Shown here: positions 37,844-47,820 of the stretch, piece after piece
How the letters are laid out: each line of letters starts with the position of its first letter
How positions within the stretch are numbered: position 1 is the stretch's first letter
Assembly (NCBI GenBank): GCA_964423905.1
Contig: CAYRGX010000012.1
Coordinates: 6,994-70,993 of the forward strand
Direction of reading: 5' to 3'
Length of the DNA stretch: 64,000 nt
Source of the DNA: an uncultured Leptospirales bacterium
Lineage (GTDB): Bacteria; Spirochaetota; UBA4802; UBA5550
Made by a program: the position numbers and the translations under genes
Notes under the pieces: model-generated
What the model was told of the DNA's origin: nothing
Databases searched by the model: none
The model's input: only the letters and a program-made list of their open reading frames with translations

Positions 37844-38970
37844 TGTTTTTTCTAAACAGAAGTCTATTCCTTGCAACAAATATTATTTTGCTGTATATTT
37901 TTTTGACACCTAAGCGAACGCGTGTTTTTCAGGTTGTTGTGTTTCTTCTGTCCTGGTTTGTCATATATTTTTTGCGACTTGTGACCGGACCGCTGAACAT
38001 TGATCCACTCCTTGAGAGCAACATATTGGGATCATTATACCTGATACCATGTATGCTGATATTCAGCGAAACCCCGCAGGCAAAGTTTTTTGTCTTTTAC
38101 ATGATATATTCCCTTTCCCAGCTTACATACCTTGTATTCATGTATGTGGATAGGTTTTTGTTTCCTGCGATTCCTCAAATGTATATTCTGATCGGGATGA
38201 TTCTGGAAATAGCCCTGCTGCCTGTGATAAAGCGGTATATGAAAACGCCGATCAGAGAAATCGTCGACATATTGAATAAGCAGAATCCTGTCTTTACGAT
38301 GTTTCCTGTATTATCGTTTCTCTTACTCGTCATCTATAGTTTGCAGGAAACGAATCTGGTTTTTGAATTTATCACACTGGTCATATCAACTGTTATAATA
38401 TTTTTTTCATATTTCATGATATCAATCTCGATTTCAGGAACAAGGCGTCAGCAGGAACTGGAATTAATCTCGATGACCGACAACCTGACCGGGCTTTATA
38501 ACAGGCGGTATGTCGAACGAAGATTCCAGGAAGAATATTTACGGTATGGTCGAACCGGCCAGGAATTCACGCTTATCATAGCTGATATTGATTTCTTTAA
38601 AAAGATAAATGACACATACGGACATGCTTGCGGAGATTTTCTGCTGAAGGCTGTCTCGGAAGATATCCGAAAATCGGTCAGGACTTATGACGTGGTCGTC
38701 AGATGGGGAGGGGATGAATTCTTCGTATTATTGCCTGCGACAAATGAGGAACTTGGTTTGAATCTCGCGGAGCGGATCAGGAAAACGGTTGAGACGAGCA
38801 GATATGACTATAATAGTAATTTGTTGGCCATGACTCTGACGCTTGGCGTATCTATTGTCAAGCCAGGGGATACGCCTGACGGCATGATCAAGAAAGCCGA
38901 TGTGGCATTGTATTACGGCAAAAAGAATAATCGAAATTGCACTATTTTGTATAATGAGAATATTGAATGA
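37843..38970 (+). CDS. Membrane-bound diguanylate cyclase
   Basis: ~6 TM N-terminus; DNLTGLYNRR, DIDFFKKINDTYGH, RTYD I-site, GGDEF; low GC. Confidence 0.92.
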   Translation: MFFLNRSLFLATNIILLYIFLTPKRTRVFQVVVFLLSWFVIYFLRLVTGPLNIDPLLESNILGSLYLIPCMLIFSETPQAKFFVFYMIYSLSQLTYLVFMYVDRFLFPAIPQMYILIGMILEIALLPVIKRYMKTPIREIVDILNKQNPVFTMFPVLSFLLLVIYSLQETNLVFEFITLVISTVIIFFSYFMISISISGTRRQQELELISMTDNLTGLYNRRYVERRFQEEYLRYGRTGQEFTLIIADIDFFKKINDTYGHACGDFLLKAVSEDIRKSVRTYDVVVRWGGDEFFVLLPATNEELGLNLAERIRKTVETSRYDYNSNLLAMTLTLGVSIVKPGDTPDGMIKKADVALYYGKKNNRNCTILYNENIE

Positions 38971-39150
38971 GATAAATAGATAAATGATGTCGTATGTTAG
39001 CGGCGCGCATTAAATGTCGGTATGAGCTTTTACATATAATTGAACCATGCAGAATCATATTCTGAAATAGTATGTGATATCAAAGAAAGATGCACCATTT
39101 CCAACTGTGCCAGCATATGTGCATGGATCGGCGTCGGAATATCACCCCCA

Positions 39151-39597
39151 TTATTGCACGAACTCCCAGAGCGGCAAGCCCGTGGTTTCATCGAATCCCC
39201 GACTGAGGGGCGTCCCGACCACTGCCGTGATCACAATCTCGCAGGCGAATACGGTGCATCCTTTCACCAGGTGTCCCCCGAATGCCTTTCCGGTATCGTC
39301 GCCGAGCACAATATGGGCGTGGCAGACGGGCGAGCCCTCCTTCATTGAGACGTTTCCGGTCAGGTTCAGTATCTCATAGTGGCCCGGAAACGATAATTCC
39401 CTGTATTTTTTTTCTGCCTGGTCGTAGTAGGCCACCCTGGCCGAGCTAACCGCGCCGATGGCCTGGATAGTGCCCATGTGTATGGCCTTTTCACTGCAGA
39501 GGGTGAGTATGCCTTCCAACAAGTCTGCCCCGTGCCTCAATCGACCGATATGGATTTCCCCGCCGAGGTAGGTTTCTGTAGATGATTCCCGGGGCAT
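39151..39597 (-). CDS. PPC/DUF296 domain protein
   Basis: IGAV, EILNLTGNV, HAHIVLG and GGHL motifs. Confidence 0.88.
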   Translation of the reverse strand: MPRESSTETYLGGEIHIGRLRHGADLLEGILTLCSEKAIHMGTIQAIGAVSSARVAYYDQAEKKYRELSFPGHYEILNLTGNVSMKEGSPVCHAHIVLGDDTGKAFGGHLVKGCTVFACEIVITAVVGTPLSRGFDETTGLPLWEFVQ

Positions 39598-39771
39598 ACC
39601 GCAGCCTCCTTGTAGAAATGATACTGAAAATAATTGATTCAGCAGCGGTTATGGCGCAAGTTCTTTTTGCAGAAATCATTTTATATGTCTGGGGAGTCCG
39701 AACGGACCACGGGGAGAAAAAGAAGTCCTCCGGCAAAGGCATTACGCCCATGCCGGAGGGGAGGACTCAAT

Positions 39772-42700
39772 TTACGAATAACAGGTCCTGTTGATGATGA
39801 TCAGTTTCAACTCGTCGGACAGCTCGTTGAAGTAGGCGCAGTATCCGGCGACGCGGACCATGAGATACTTGTGCTTTTCAGGATTTTTGTAGGCATCCAG
39901 CAAAATTTCCCGGTTGATCACATTGGGCTGGAACTGCATACCGCCCTTCGTGAGGAAGGTTTTGAAAATGCTCGCCAGGTTTTTCACACCTGCCGCGCCC
40001 GGGAAGAGGGCCGAGTCGATGGTAAACGTCACGGTAGATCCGTTGGCGGCGAAATCAGTGAAGTTCACCCTGGCGATCGAGTTCAGCGACGAAAACAGGT
40101 CGCTCTCTTCCATCCCGTAGTGGGGGGTGACGCTGTTGGCCAGGGGAACGCCCTTCAGCCTGCCTGAGGGGAGGGCCTGGGTTTTTTTACCGTAACGGTC
40201 GCTGACGTTCAACGCGTAATATCCGGCCGAATAGATGCCGTTGCGGGGGCAGTTTTTCACGGACTTGAGGGCCTTGTTGTAGCTTTCCATGACCCAGGTG
40301 ACCCATTCGGAGGCCCTGTCGGACGAATCGTCGCCGAATTTGGGGACTTCGAGCAACGCGGCCCTGATCTGCTGGTTGAATTCGCCCTCGAAGTTGCTGT
40401 CGATGGCGTCGATGATGTAGTTGATCGAGTAGAGCTTTTTCTTGAACACGATTTCCTCGATCGCGTGCAGTGAGTCTGCCACGTCAGTGACCCCGACCGC
40501 CTGGATGCCGCTGCTGTTCAGGGTGGTGCCGCCCTCGTATGCGTCCTTGCCGCTTTCAATGCAGCCTCTGTAGAGCGACGATGCGAGGGGCGTGGTGAAA
40601 TTCTCGCGGAGCTCTTTCTCGATTTTCTGGTGATCCGTCAGGATTCCCGAGGCGAGATGGTTGAGCCGCTTCTGGTAGCGATCGAGAAGCTCTTCCATGC
40701 TTGATGGCGGGTTGATTTTAAAGAGCCCCTTCCTGGAGTGGATTTTCTTAACGATGGCGTTGTGAATTGCCGTAAGCGACCTTGAAAAGATGTTCTTCCC
40801 ACTGAAAGTGAAATCCACGAATTTCGACATCATCTTTTCCATCTGGTCGAGGAGGCCGAAGTTCCACAGGTCGTGTTCGTGCCCCTTCAACGCCTGCAGC
40901 AGAGGCAGGGCGAGGTTCATGTTGGCGCAGTCGGTATTGCCGAAGTGATCGTCCGACGCATTGGGTTCGACGCATCCCACGATCGCGTAGTTCCTCGCGT
41001 CCTGGACACTCACCGGGTAATGCCGCTGGATGTCCTCGATGTAGATCTCATCGCTGAAGAGTTCCGGCATGGGGCACCCGTTGATGTATATCTCGGCGAG
41101 CCTGTCCAGGTACCTGTCAGGGCTGTTCTTGTGTATTCTTGCCGTCATATTGATCGCCAGCGGCTGCAGCTCGCATGCGTCGATGAGCATATAGGTGACG
41201 TCGTTGGTGGCGTCGTTGCCGTCCCTGTCCACGCCGCCGAAGGTCACCGACTGGTCGGTGGAAAGGGTTTCGAAGAGCTTGCTGACGTTGAGGTATGAAT
41301 CGCCGTCGTTTACCAGGATCGCCTCGTCCATCTTGAGGACCAGCAGGCAAAGGAGCTCCTTCGCCTTCTCGTAGGTTATTCTCCCCTCTTCGAGGTCTTT
41401 CTTGTAGTAGGGATAAAGCACCTGGTCGAGCCTGCCGAACGAAACCGCGTTCTCGTAGGACTCGATGCAAAGGGCGATCTGCAAGAACGTGATGCTCTGG
41501 ACGGCTTCGTGGTAAGTACGCGCCGGATATTTCGGAACATGCGCGCAGATATCCGCCATTTCCGCGAGCTCGGCACGGCGCGCGGGGTCTTTTTCCTGTT
41601 CGGCCATGGTCCTCAGCGTGTCCGAGTACCTTTGTGCAAAGGCCTCCAGGCCCTGGAGGGCGATGATGGCGCCGTTATAGAAATCCTGGTTGTTTTCGGG
41701 TTTCTCTTTCTGCTTCGCCCTGATTTCATCGATTATGCCCGTGGTGCCGAGCGAAAGCATCCGATCGAAGTTCACGATAAAGTGGGCGATCGCCGCCATG
41801 TTGTTGTTGAATCCGGCGATCATCTCTGAAGAACGCGCAACGGTTAACATCATGTCGGACAACCTTGGATTCACCTTCCTGAAAAGGCTGTGCTTGAGCC
41901 AGAAGGGAAATATATAAAAGTAAAAGCTCATTCTCTCCCTGAAGGAACACTTAAACGACACGGGTTTCTGCTTGTTGATCTTGTACAGGAATGATATCTC
42001 AAGGATGCCGTAGTGCTCTTCCCATACCTGTCCTGCGACCCTCTTCGAGGTGAAGTTCCCGACGATGAGCTCCCCGGGATACACTTTGACGGTCTTGTTG
42101 TTCAGTACGTAGGCGAGGCGTTCCGCCCTGTGAATGGGGGTCGGTTTCTTGAAACCGTTTTTCTTGTAATATCTTGTCTTAAGCTTTGATACTTCCACGC
42201 AAAGCGCCCTTCCACTTTCGCGTATCTCGTTCTGGATGTCGAGGACGCGCTGGGTGAAGGTGGCCTTCTGTCTCGAGGAATCCAGGTCGTCGTTATGGGC
42301 CCTGATGCCGTACTGCCGGAAGAGAGCCACCGCATTCTTGAGGGAGTTCAGGCTCTGCTCCGCGGTGATGTTCAATGACGCCTGTTCGATGCCTAATCGC
42401 CGGGCCTTCTCCTCGTACATGTTGTGATACCTGAGCAGTTCAATCGAGTCGTGCCCGACTGCCTTCAGAAATTCGGCAGCCGCCCGGATGTTTTCCGCAG
42501 CGTCGTTCAGCCCGGGAACAATCACCATGCGGAACCGTAAGGCCGCCTTCAGGTCGAGGAGCTTCTGGATATTCTTGCGTATAAGGACACCGTCCTGGCT
42601 CGTCAGCTTTTTATGGAGTTCGTCGTTTCCCGCGACCTTAAGATCAACGATGAATAGATCGATATACTGTGCCACCTTTGATATCGTTTTCCAGGGGGCA

Positions 42701-43116
42701 TGAAGGGTTGTTTCCGCTGATACGTGGATATTTTCATCTTTTATCTGTTTTAACAGGTTGAGCAGGCTTTCGGCATCCTGGATCATAGGATCTCCGCCGC
42801 TCAGGGTCACTCCGCCGCCGGTTGAATGATAGTATTCCCTGTCCCTGACAATAATATCCATAATGTCGGAAATTGAAGAATTGGCGTCTGGAGCGATGTC
42901 CGGATTGTATGTCAGGGCCTCGGGGTTCTGGCACCATGCGCACCTCAGGTTGCATCCCTGGAAGAAAATGGTACTGCGGATACCTGGGCCGTCATGCACG
43001 CAGGTACGTTGAATTTTGAGAACGTGCAGCCTGTCGCCCGGCACGGCCTCGGGGATTTGATAATTATGAATGGCGTCAGATTCCCTGTAAGCTTGCTCGA
43101 CTTGAGTTGTCTGCAT
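39772..43116 (-). CDS. Radical-SAM activating enzyme fused to a glycyl-radical enzyme (eliminase-like)
   Basis: N-terminus HDGPGIRSTIFFQGCNLRCAWCQNPE and GGVTLSGGDP; C-terminal ~830 aa with ELIVG, SFGRLDQ, GCVEP (Cys loop) and VRVAGYCAYF (Gly loop); one uninterrupted frame. Confidence 0.92.
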   Translation of the reverse strand: MQTTQVEQAYRESDAIHNYQIPEAVPGDRLHVLKIQRTCVHDGPGIRSTIFFQGCNLRCAWCQNPEALTYNPDIAPDANSSISDIMDIIVRDREYYHSTGGGVTLSGGDPMIQDAESLLNLLKQIKDENIHVSAETTLHAPWKTISKVAQYIDLFIVDLKVAGNDELHKKLTSQDGVLIRKNIQKLLDLKAALRFRMVIVPGLNDAAENIRAAAEFLKAVGHDSIELLRYHNMYEEKARRLGIEQASLNITAEQSLNSLKNAVALFRQYGIRAHNDDLDSSRQKATFTQRVLDIQNEIRESGRALCVEVSKLKTRYYKKNGFKKPTPIHRAERLAYVLNNKTVKVYPGELIVGNFTSKRVAGQVWEEHYGILEISFLYKINKQKPVSFKCSFRERMSFYFYIFPFWLKHSLFRKVNPRLSDMMLTVARSSEMIAGFNNNMAAIAHFIVNFDRMLSLGTTGIIDEIRAKQKEKPENNQDFYNGAIIALQGLEAFAQRYSDTLRTMAEQEKDPARRAELAEMADICAHVPKYPARTYHEAVQSITFLQIALCIESYENAVSFGRLDQVLYPYYKKDLEEGRITYEKAKELLCLLVLKMDEAILVNDGDSYLNVSKLFETLSTDQSVTFGGVDRDGNDATNDVTYMLIDACELQPLAINMTARIHKNSPDRYLDRLAEIYINGCPMPELFSDEIYIEDIQRHYPVSVQDARNYAIVGCVEPNASDDHFGNTDCANMNLALPLLQALKGHEHDLWNFGLLDQMEKMMSKFVDFTFSGKNIFSRSLTAIHNAIVKKIHSRKGLFKINPPSSMEELLDRYQKRLNHLASGILTDHQKIEKELRENFTTPLASSLYRGCIESGKDAYEGGTTLNSSGIQAVGVTDVADSLHAIEEIVFKKKLYSINYIIDAIDSNFEGEFNQQIRAALLEVPKFGDDSSDRASEWVTWVMESYNKALKSVKNCPRNGIYSAGYYALNVSDRYGKKTQALPSGRLKGVPLANSVTPHYGMEESDLFSSLNSIARVNFTDFAANGSTVTFTIDSALFPGAAGVKNLASIFKTFLTKGGMQFQPNVINREILLDAYKNPEKHKYLMVRVAGYCAYFNELSDELKLIIINRTCYS

Positions 43117-43537
43117 ATGGGGCTCCTTTTTAAGGTTATTTTCAAATATTGGGCTGTGTTTCAGGGCTTAACTACTATGAAATATAAATCTTATTATAAA
43201 AACCTTCAACCCCCCATAGTGTATTGGATTAATATTCAGCTGGATTATATAAGCTGATGTAAACGAATTGGCAAACCGGGGGGCCGGATTGTATTTATTT
43301 GTAAAAATGCATAGTTTTTATACAAATTGGTTATATATGATTAATATGAATATCCAAAAAATAGACATTAAATATTATTGTATATAATTTGATATCTTCA
43401 TAATATTTATCCACCAGATAACCTGGATTGACCCTGCCATGAAAACCGGACATGTCGGAATCAGCCGATGATATGAAACCGCGCGCTTGACATGCACGTC
43501 TGTTCATGTTATGGTGATATACCCTAAGGAGGAAACC

Positions 43538-44575
43538 ATGCAACACGAAATCACCACACCCATTGACCTCCTTGACGATGAAGGCCTTGTCGTGGATGAG
43601 GGCTGGGCGAGAAAACCGTACTGGGCCTACGATCGGAACAGGATACGCGCCCCGTGGTACCGCATCAAGGAATGGGATTACTATGCGATTCTGTCGCATG
43701 ATAAGCTCTATGGTATCTGCATGACCATTGCCGACCTCGGATATATCGCCTTCTGTGCGCTGTGCTGGCTTGATTTGAAGAACAAAATCTGCTTACAGCT
43801 TGATACCATCTCCATGTTGCCGCGTGGAAAAACCGGGTTCCCGCCATCTTCAGATGCGGGAGACGTCAGTTTCAGCGATAAAAAGATGGATATCGCTTTC
43901 CGCCTGAAGAACGGCCGGCGTACGCTCACGGTGAGCGCCCCCGGCGTGGAACACCCAGACGGATCGCGGGGACTTTCGGCAGAGATCGTTCTCACGCAGG
44001 ATTCCGCCGCGGACAGCATGAACATCGCGACCTCATGGAAGGAAAACCGGAAAGCCTTCTACTACAACTGCAAGGTGAATTGCATGCCCGCAGAGGGTGT
44101 CGTGAAGATAGGGAACCGGTCTTATCCCTTTACGCCGAAAACCGATTTCGGGTGCCTGGATTGGGGCAGGGGCAATTGGACCTACAAGAACCGATGGTAT
44201 TGGGGGTCGGCGTCCGGTCTTCTCAAGGGCGTGCCGTTCGGCTGGAACATAGGCTACGGTTTCAGCGACAGGACTCCCGCGTCCGAGAACATGCTTTTTT
44301 ACCGGGGCAGGGCCCACAAGCTCGGCGAAGTCACGTTCAACATCGACACCTCGGACTATCTTAAGCCATGGAAATTCACGAGCGACGACGGAAGGTTCGA
44401 GCTCGGCTTCAGGCCGCTCATCGATCGCTACAGCGGCATGAACCTGCTGGTCATGAAATCGGTACAGCACCAGGTATTCGGCATGTTCGATGGCCAGGTG
44501 GTACTCGACGACGGCACCCGGTTACAGGTCGAGAACTTCCTCGGGTTTGCGGAGGATGTGCTGAACTGGTGGTGA
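43538..44575 (+). CDS. DUF2804 family protein
   Basis: RIKEWDYY, LDWGRGNW, WYWGSA, FGWNIGYGF and QHQVFG motifs; AAGGAGG RBS. Confidence 0.85.
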   Translation: MQHEITTPIDLLDDEGLVVDEGWARKPYWAYDRNRIRAPWYRIKEWDYYAILSHDKLYGICMTIADLGYIAFCALCWLDLKNKICLQLDTISMLPRGKTGFPPSSDAGDVSFSDKKMDIAFRLKNGRRTLTVSAPGVEHPDGSRGLSAEIVLTQDSAADSMNIATSWKENRKAFYYNCKVNCMPAEGVVKIGNRSYPFTPKTDFGCLDWGRGNWTYKNRWYWGSASGLLKGVPFGWNIGYGFSDRTPASENMLFYRGRAHKLGEVTFNIDTSDYLKPWKFTSDDGRFELGFRPLIDRYSGMNLLVMKSVQHQVFGMFDGQVVLDDGTRLQVENFLGFAEDVLNWW

Positions 44576-44680
44576 CGGTTCCTTCCTGGAACCGTTTTCG
44601 AAAAATACCGGGATGAGCTCTGCACGGTCGTCTGCGCATCTTTCGCCCATTCCGCGGAACGCACGGTCTCACAAGGATTT

Positions 44681-44887
44681 CTGCAGGGAATGCTGCGACG
44701 GACGATTTATCACAACGGCGAGTTTTTCCCGTATATGGTTCTCGCCGCCCTCGCGGGATCGCTGCTCCTGGCGGGGTTCACCGCTTTCTTTTTCAACATA
44801 GTGATGAGCCTCGGGATAAAAGGGGTGGTGGGGATATTCCTGCCGTCTCAGTTGAAAACCGGGGACCTGCTGCCGCCGGACAAATGA
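44681..44887 (+). pseudogene. Orphan C-terminal fragment resembling a heme-copper oxidase superfamily subunit I
   Basis: GMLRRTIY...GEFFPYMVLAALAGSLLLAGFTAFFFNIVMSLG (G-M-x-R-R plus TM helix); no upstream portion. Confidence 0.4.
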
Positions 44888-44949
44888 GCAGGATATGCCG
44901 CTGATGGCGTACCCGGACGGGAGAGGCTTCCACCGGTTCCTCCTGTCTG

Positions 44950-45900
44950 TTATCTCTGACGGTTTCCCCTGGCTGTGACGCGAACGCATTCAACCTGCGG
45001 ATCAAGGTAATCGTCAAACGAATCAGGATCGTCGACCGGCTCGAAATGGATAAACACGTCGGAGCCGGGCAGGGCCTTTCGTATATCCTTTTCAATTGTT
45101 TTCGACAGGGAATGGGCTTTCCGGACCTGCCATGTGCCCGGCATGACCAGGTGCAGGAAAATGAAATTCTTGCTTACCGACTTTCTGGTGTAGAGGCTGT
45201 GGTAGCGAATCCCCGTATCCCCGCCGTGATTCTTCAATATTCCTTCTATGCTTTCAATTTCATTTTTCGGGAGCGCCTTGTCCATCAACCCGGACACCGA
45301 TCGCATTATAAGCTTTATCCCCGATACGACGATATTCAGCGCGACGACGATCGCGATCACGGGATCGAGGACCGTCCACCCGGTGAGTTTTACAATCAGC
45401 AATCCCACGAGGACGCCGCCGGTCGTCCATACGTCGGTCATCAGGTGTCGGGCGTCGGCTTCGAGAGTAATCGAGTTGTATCGTCTGCCGGCGCGAAGGA
45501 GGACGATCGACGTGAAAAGGTTGATCGCCGACGCCACGACCGAGATGGCAAGCCCGAGGCCGAGATCCTCGAGTGCGCGCGGGTTCCTGATGCGTTCGAT
45601 CGCGGTCACCCCGATCGCCACGGCGGCAACGAGGACCATCGAGCCTTCGAGTACGCTCGAAAAGTATTCGGCCTTGCTGTGACCGAACAGATGGTCCCTG
45701 TCGGGGGGCCTCAGGGCGATGGTTAAAAGGACAAGGGCCATGACGGCCGCGACGAGGTTGATCAGTGATTCGAGCGCATCGGATAATAGCCCGACCGAAC
45801 CCGTGAAATAATAGGCCAGGCCTTTTAAAACGATTGTCAGTATGGATGCGATGATCGACAGGTACAGGAATTTGACGGGTGAATCGTGTGCCATGATCAT
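44950..45900 (-). CDS. Cation diffusion facilitator (FieF-like) transporter
   Basis: SVGLLSDALES, HLFGHSKAEY, ADARHLMTD and IHFEP motifs. Confidence 0.92.
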   Translation of the reverse strand: MIMAHDSPVKFLYLSIIASILTIVLKGLAYYFTGSVGLLSDALESLINLVAAVMALVLLTIALRPPDRDHLFGHSKAEYFSSVLEGSMVLVAAVAIGVTAIERIRNPRALEDLGLGLAISVVASAINLFTSIVLLRAGRRYNSITLEADARHLMTDVWTTGGVLVGLLIVKLTGWTVLDPVIAIVVALNIVVSGIKLIMRSVSGLMDKALPKNEIESIEGILKNHGGDTGIRYHSLYTRKSVSKNFIFLHLVMPGTWQVRKAHSLSKTIEKDIRKALPGSDVFIHFEPVDDPDSFDDYLDPQVECVRVTARGNRQR

Positions 45901-46172
45901 TTCCCGTTGAGTATCTTCAGCCTTGATTGTTACTTCATTGTTTATTTATATATATGGATGTCTTTCCGAGGCTATCAGAAATCTTTTCAATCACCGGACC
46001 AACCCTTGTACTCCGTTATCAATATTATGGAATCCACAGCAATGTGTCAATGTATAATCACGAATGGGATGCGATAGAACGACCCGGCGAGACGCCGGAA
46101 GAAAAGTAAATTATCCATGCGACATAATTTTTTACTTGCATTGCAACGGGGATAATGCTACTGTTTCCCCGC

Positions 46173-47501
46173 ATGCTAGACGGCAACTCGAACAAGATCT
46201 TCGTAATCGACACGAACGTCGTCCTTTACGATTACCGGTGCATCTACTCGTTTCAGGAACACAACGTCATAATACCCATCACCGTGCTCGAGGAGATCGA
46301 CAAGTTCAAGCGCGGGAACGAGATCATCAATTACAATGCGCGGGAGTTCTCGCGAGAGCTCGATGCGCTCATCGGCGACAGGTTCCTTTCCGAGGGGGTG
46401 CATCTCGATTCGGGTGGCATTCTCCTGGTGAGCGCCGCGGCGAAGCGGGACAACGAGCTGAGAAACGTTTTCTGGGAGGATAATCCCGATCATCGTATCC
46501 TGGCGATGGCGCACACCATGGCCTCCAAATACGGCCGGGAGCGCGTGATCCTCGTTTCGAAAGACATCAACCTCAGGATGAAGGCCAAGGGGCTCGGCAT
46601 TTCCGCCGAGGACTACGAAACCGGAAAAATACGCGACATTGACGAGCTCTACACGGGGAAAAACCTCATCGAGGGCGTGGCAGATACCGTGATCGACCGG
46701 CTGTACCGTGAAGGTTCCGTACCGCTGCACGAAATGGAAATGGAACTCGCGCCCTGTCCCAACGAGTATTTTATCCTTCGAAACGGGACCAAAAGCGCGC
46801 TGGCGAGTTTCGCGGCAGAAACGGGAAGTATCAGGCTCGTCGAAAAGCGCCGCGCCTACGGCATACAACCACGTAACGCCGAGCAGACCTTTTCGCTGGA
46901 CGCGCTCATGAATCCCGCGGTGAGCCTCGCGACGCTGTCGGGCAAGGCGGGGACCGGCAAGACGCTCATGGCGCTGGCCGCTGCACTCGAGCGCAGAAAG
47001 GACTACAAGCAGATCCTCCTGGCACGGCCCATCATACCGCTTTCGAACCGCGACATAGGATACCTGCCGGGTGATATAAAGGAGAAGATCGACCCCTACA
47101 TGCAGCCCCTCTTCGACAACCTGTCCGTGATCAAGCACCAGTTCGACGAGGACTCGCCCGAGTTCAGGCGCATCTCGGACATGGTTACGAGCGAAAAGTT
47201 GCTGATCATGGCACTCGCCTACATCAGGGGCAGGAGCCTTTCCAAGGCGTACTTCATCGTCGACGAGGCGCAGAATCTCACGCCGCACGAGGTGAAAACG
47301 ATCATCACAAGGGCGGGGGAGGGGACCAAGGTCGTTTTCACCGGCGACCCCTACCAGATCGATACGCCCTACCTGGATTCGCGGTCGAACGGACTGACCT
47401 ACCTCATCGACAAGATGAAGGGCCAGGACATATACGCGCACGTGACCCTCGAGAAAGGGGAACGCTCCCACCTGGCCGAGCTCGCCTCGGATCTCCTCTG
47501 A
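46173..47501 (+). CDS. PIN-PhoH family ATPase/ribonuclease
   Basis: VIDTNV, PDHRIL, SKDINLR, GKAGTGKT, YIRGRS, DEAQN and GDPYQID motifs. Confidence 0.93.
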   Translation: MLDGNSNKIFVIDTNVVLYDYRCIYSFQEHNVIIPITVLEEIDKFKRGNEIINYNAREFSRELDALIGDRFLSEGVHLDSGGILLVSAAAKRDNELRNVFWEDNPDHRILAMAHTMASKYGRERVILVSKDINLRMKAKGLGISAEDYETGKIRDIDELYTGKNLIEGVADTVIDRLYREGSVPLHEMEMELAPCPNEYFILRNGTKSALASFAAETGSIRLVEKRRAYGIQPRNAEQTFSLDALMNPAVSLATLSGKAGTGKTLMALAAALERRKDYKQILLARPIIPLSNRDIGYLPGDIKEKIDPYMQPLFDNLSVIKHQFDEDSPEFRRISDMVTSEKLLIMALAYIRGRSLSKAYFIVDEAQNLTPHEVKTIITRAGEGTKVVFTGDPYQIDTPYLDSRSNGLTYLIDKMKGQDIYAHVTLEKGERSHLAELASDLL

Positions 47502-47508
47502 TTCCGGT

Positions 47509-47691
47509 CTATTCCGACAACAGGCGTCCGCCGACCGCCCAGTTTTCCCTGTCCACTTCGTCGAATACGACGTAGGTCGTTTCTGGCTTCTTGTCGGCCA
47601 GAACGAAAAGCGCCTCGGCGATTTTCGAGGCGATCTCCTTTTTCTGGTGCGGAGTGAGCGCGCCGGCGACCTTGACGTTCACGTACGGCAT
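47509..47691 (-). CDS. 4-oxalocrotonate tautomerase family protein
   Basis: N-terminal Pro (MPYVNVK), ~60 aa, ENWAVGG. Confidence 0.88.
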   Translation of the reverse strand: MPYVNVKVAGALTPHQKKEIASKIAEALFVLADKKPETTYVVFDEVDRENWAVGGRLLSE

Positions 47692-47820
47692 GTGAGCCTC
47701 CTTATCGTGCGATGCCGAACAAGTCGGCGTGAACACAATGGGATATGCCGGTCCGTGGAAGAATCAAGCTTTTTTCGATTGTCGAGTTGAGAGGATATGC
47801 GCCGCGTCTGCGGATCGGCG

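Larger units (their letters stand above)
24073..39000. other. AT-richer accessory region (probable composite genomic island; no integrase in the window)
   Basis: Visible drop in GC and a change in codon usage after the Ldh_2 stop; contains a tRNA, a duplicated host-gene fragment and an IS remnant. Boundaries are approximate. Confidence 0.7.

Noticed and set aside
24073-39000. Prophage, ICE or integron as the identity of the island
   Set aside because: No integrase, conjugation, phage structural genes or attC-like repeats were found; only an IS remnant.
39772-43116. Annotation as pyruvate formate-lyase (pflB/pflA)
   Set aside because: It has a single Cys (GCVEP) rather than the PFL Cys-Cys pair, so no gene symbol was assigned.
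46176-47471. Long antisense ORFs (also 634-1488 +, 5394-6380 +, 18006-19289 -, 22006-23331 -, 48963-49991 -)
   Set aside because: They are shadows of well-supported genes on the opposite strand, expected from GC3-rich codon usage, and carry no motifs.
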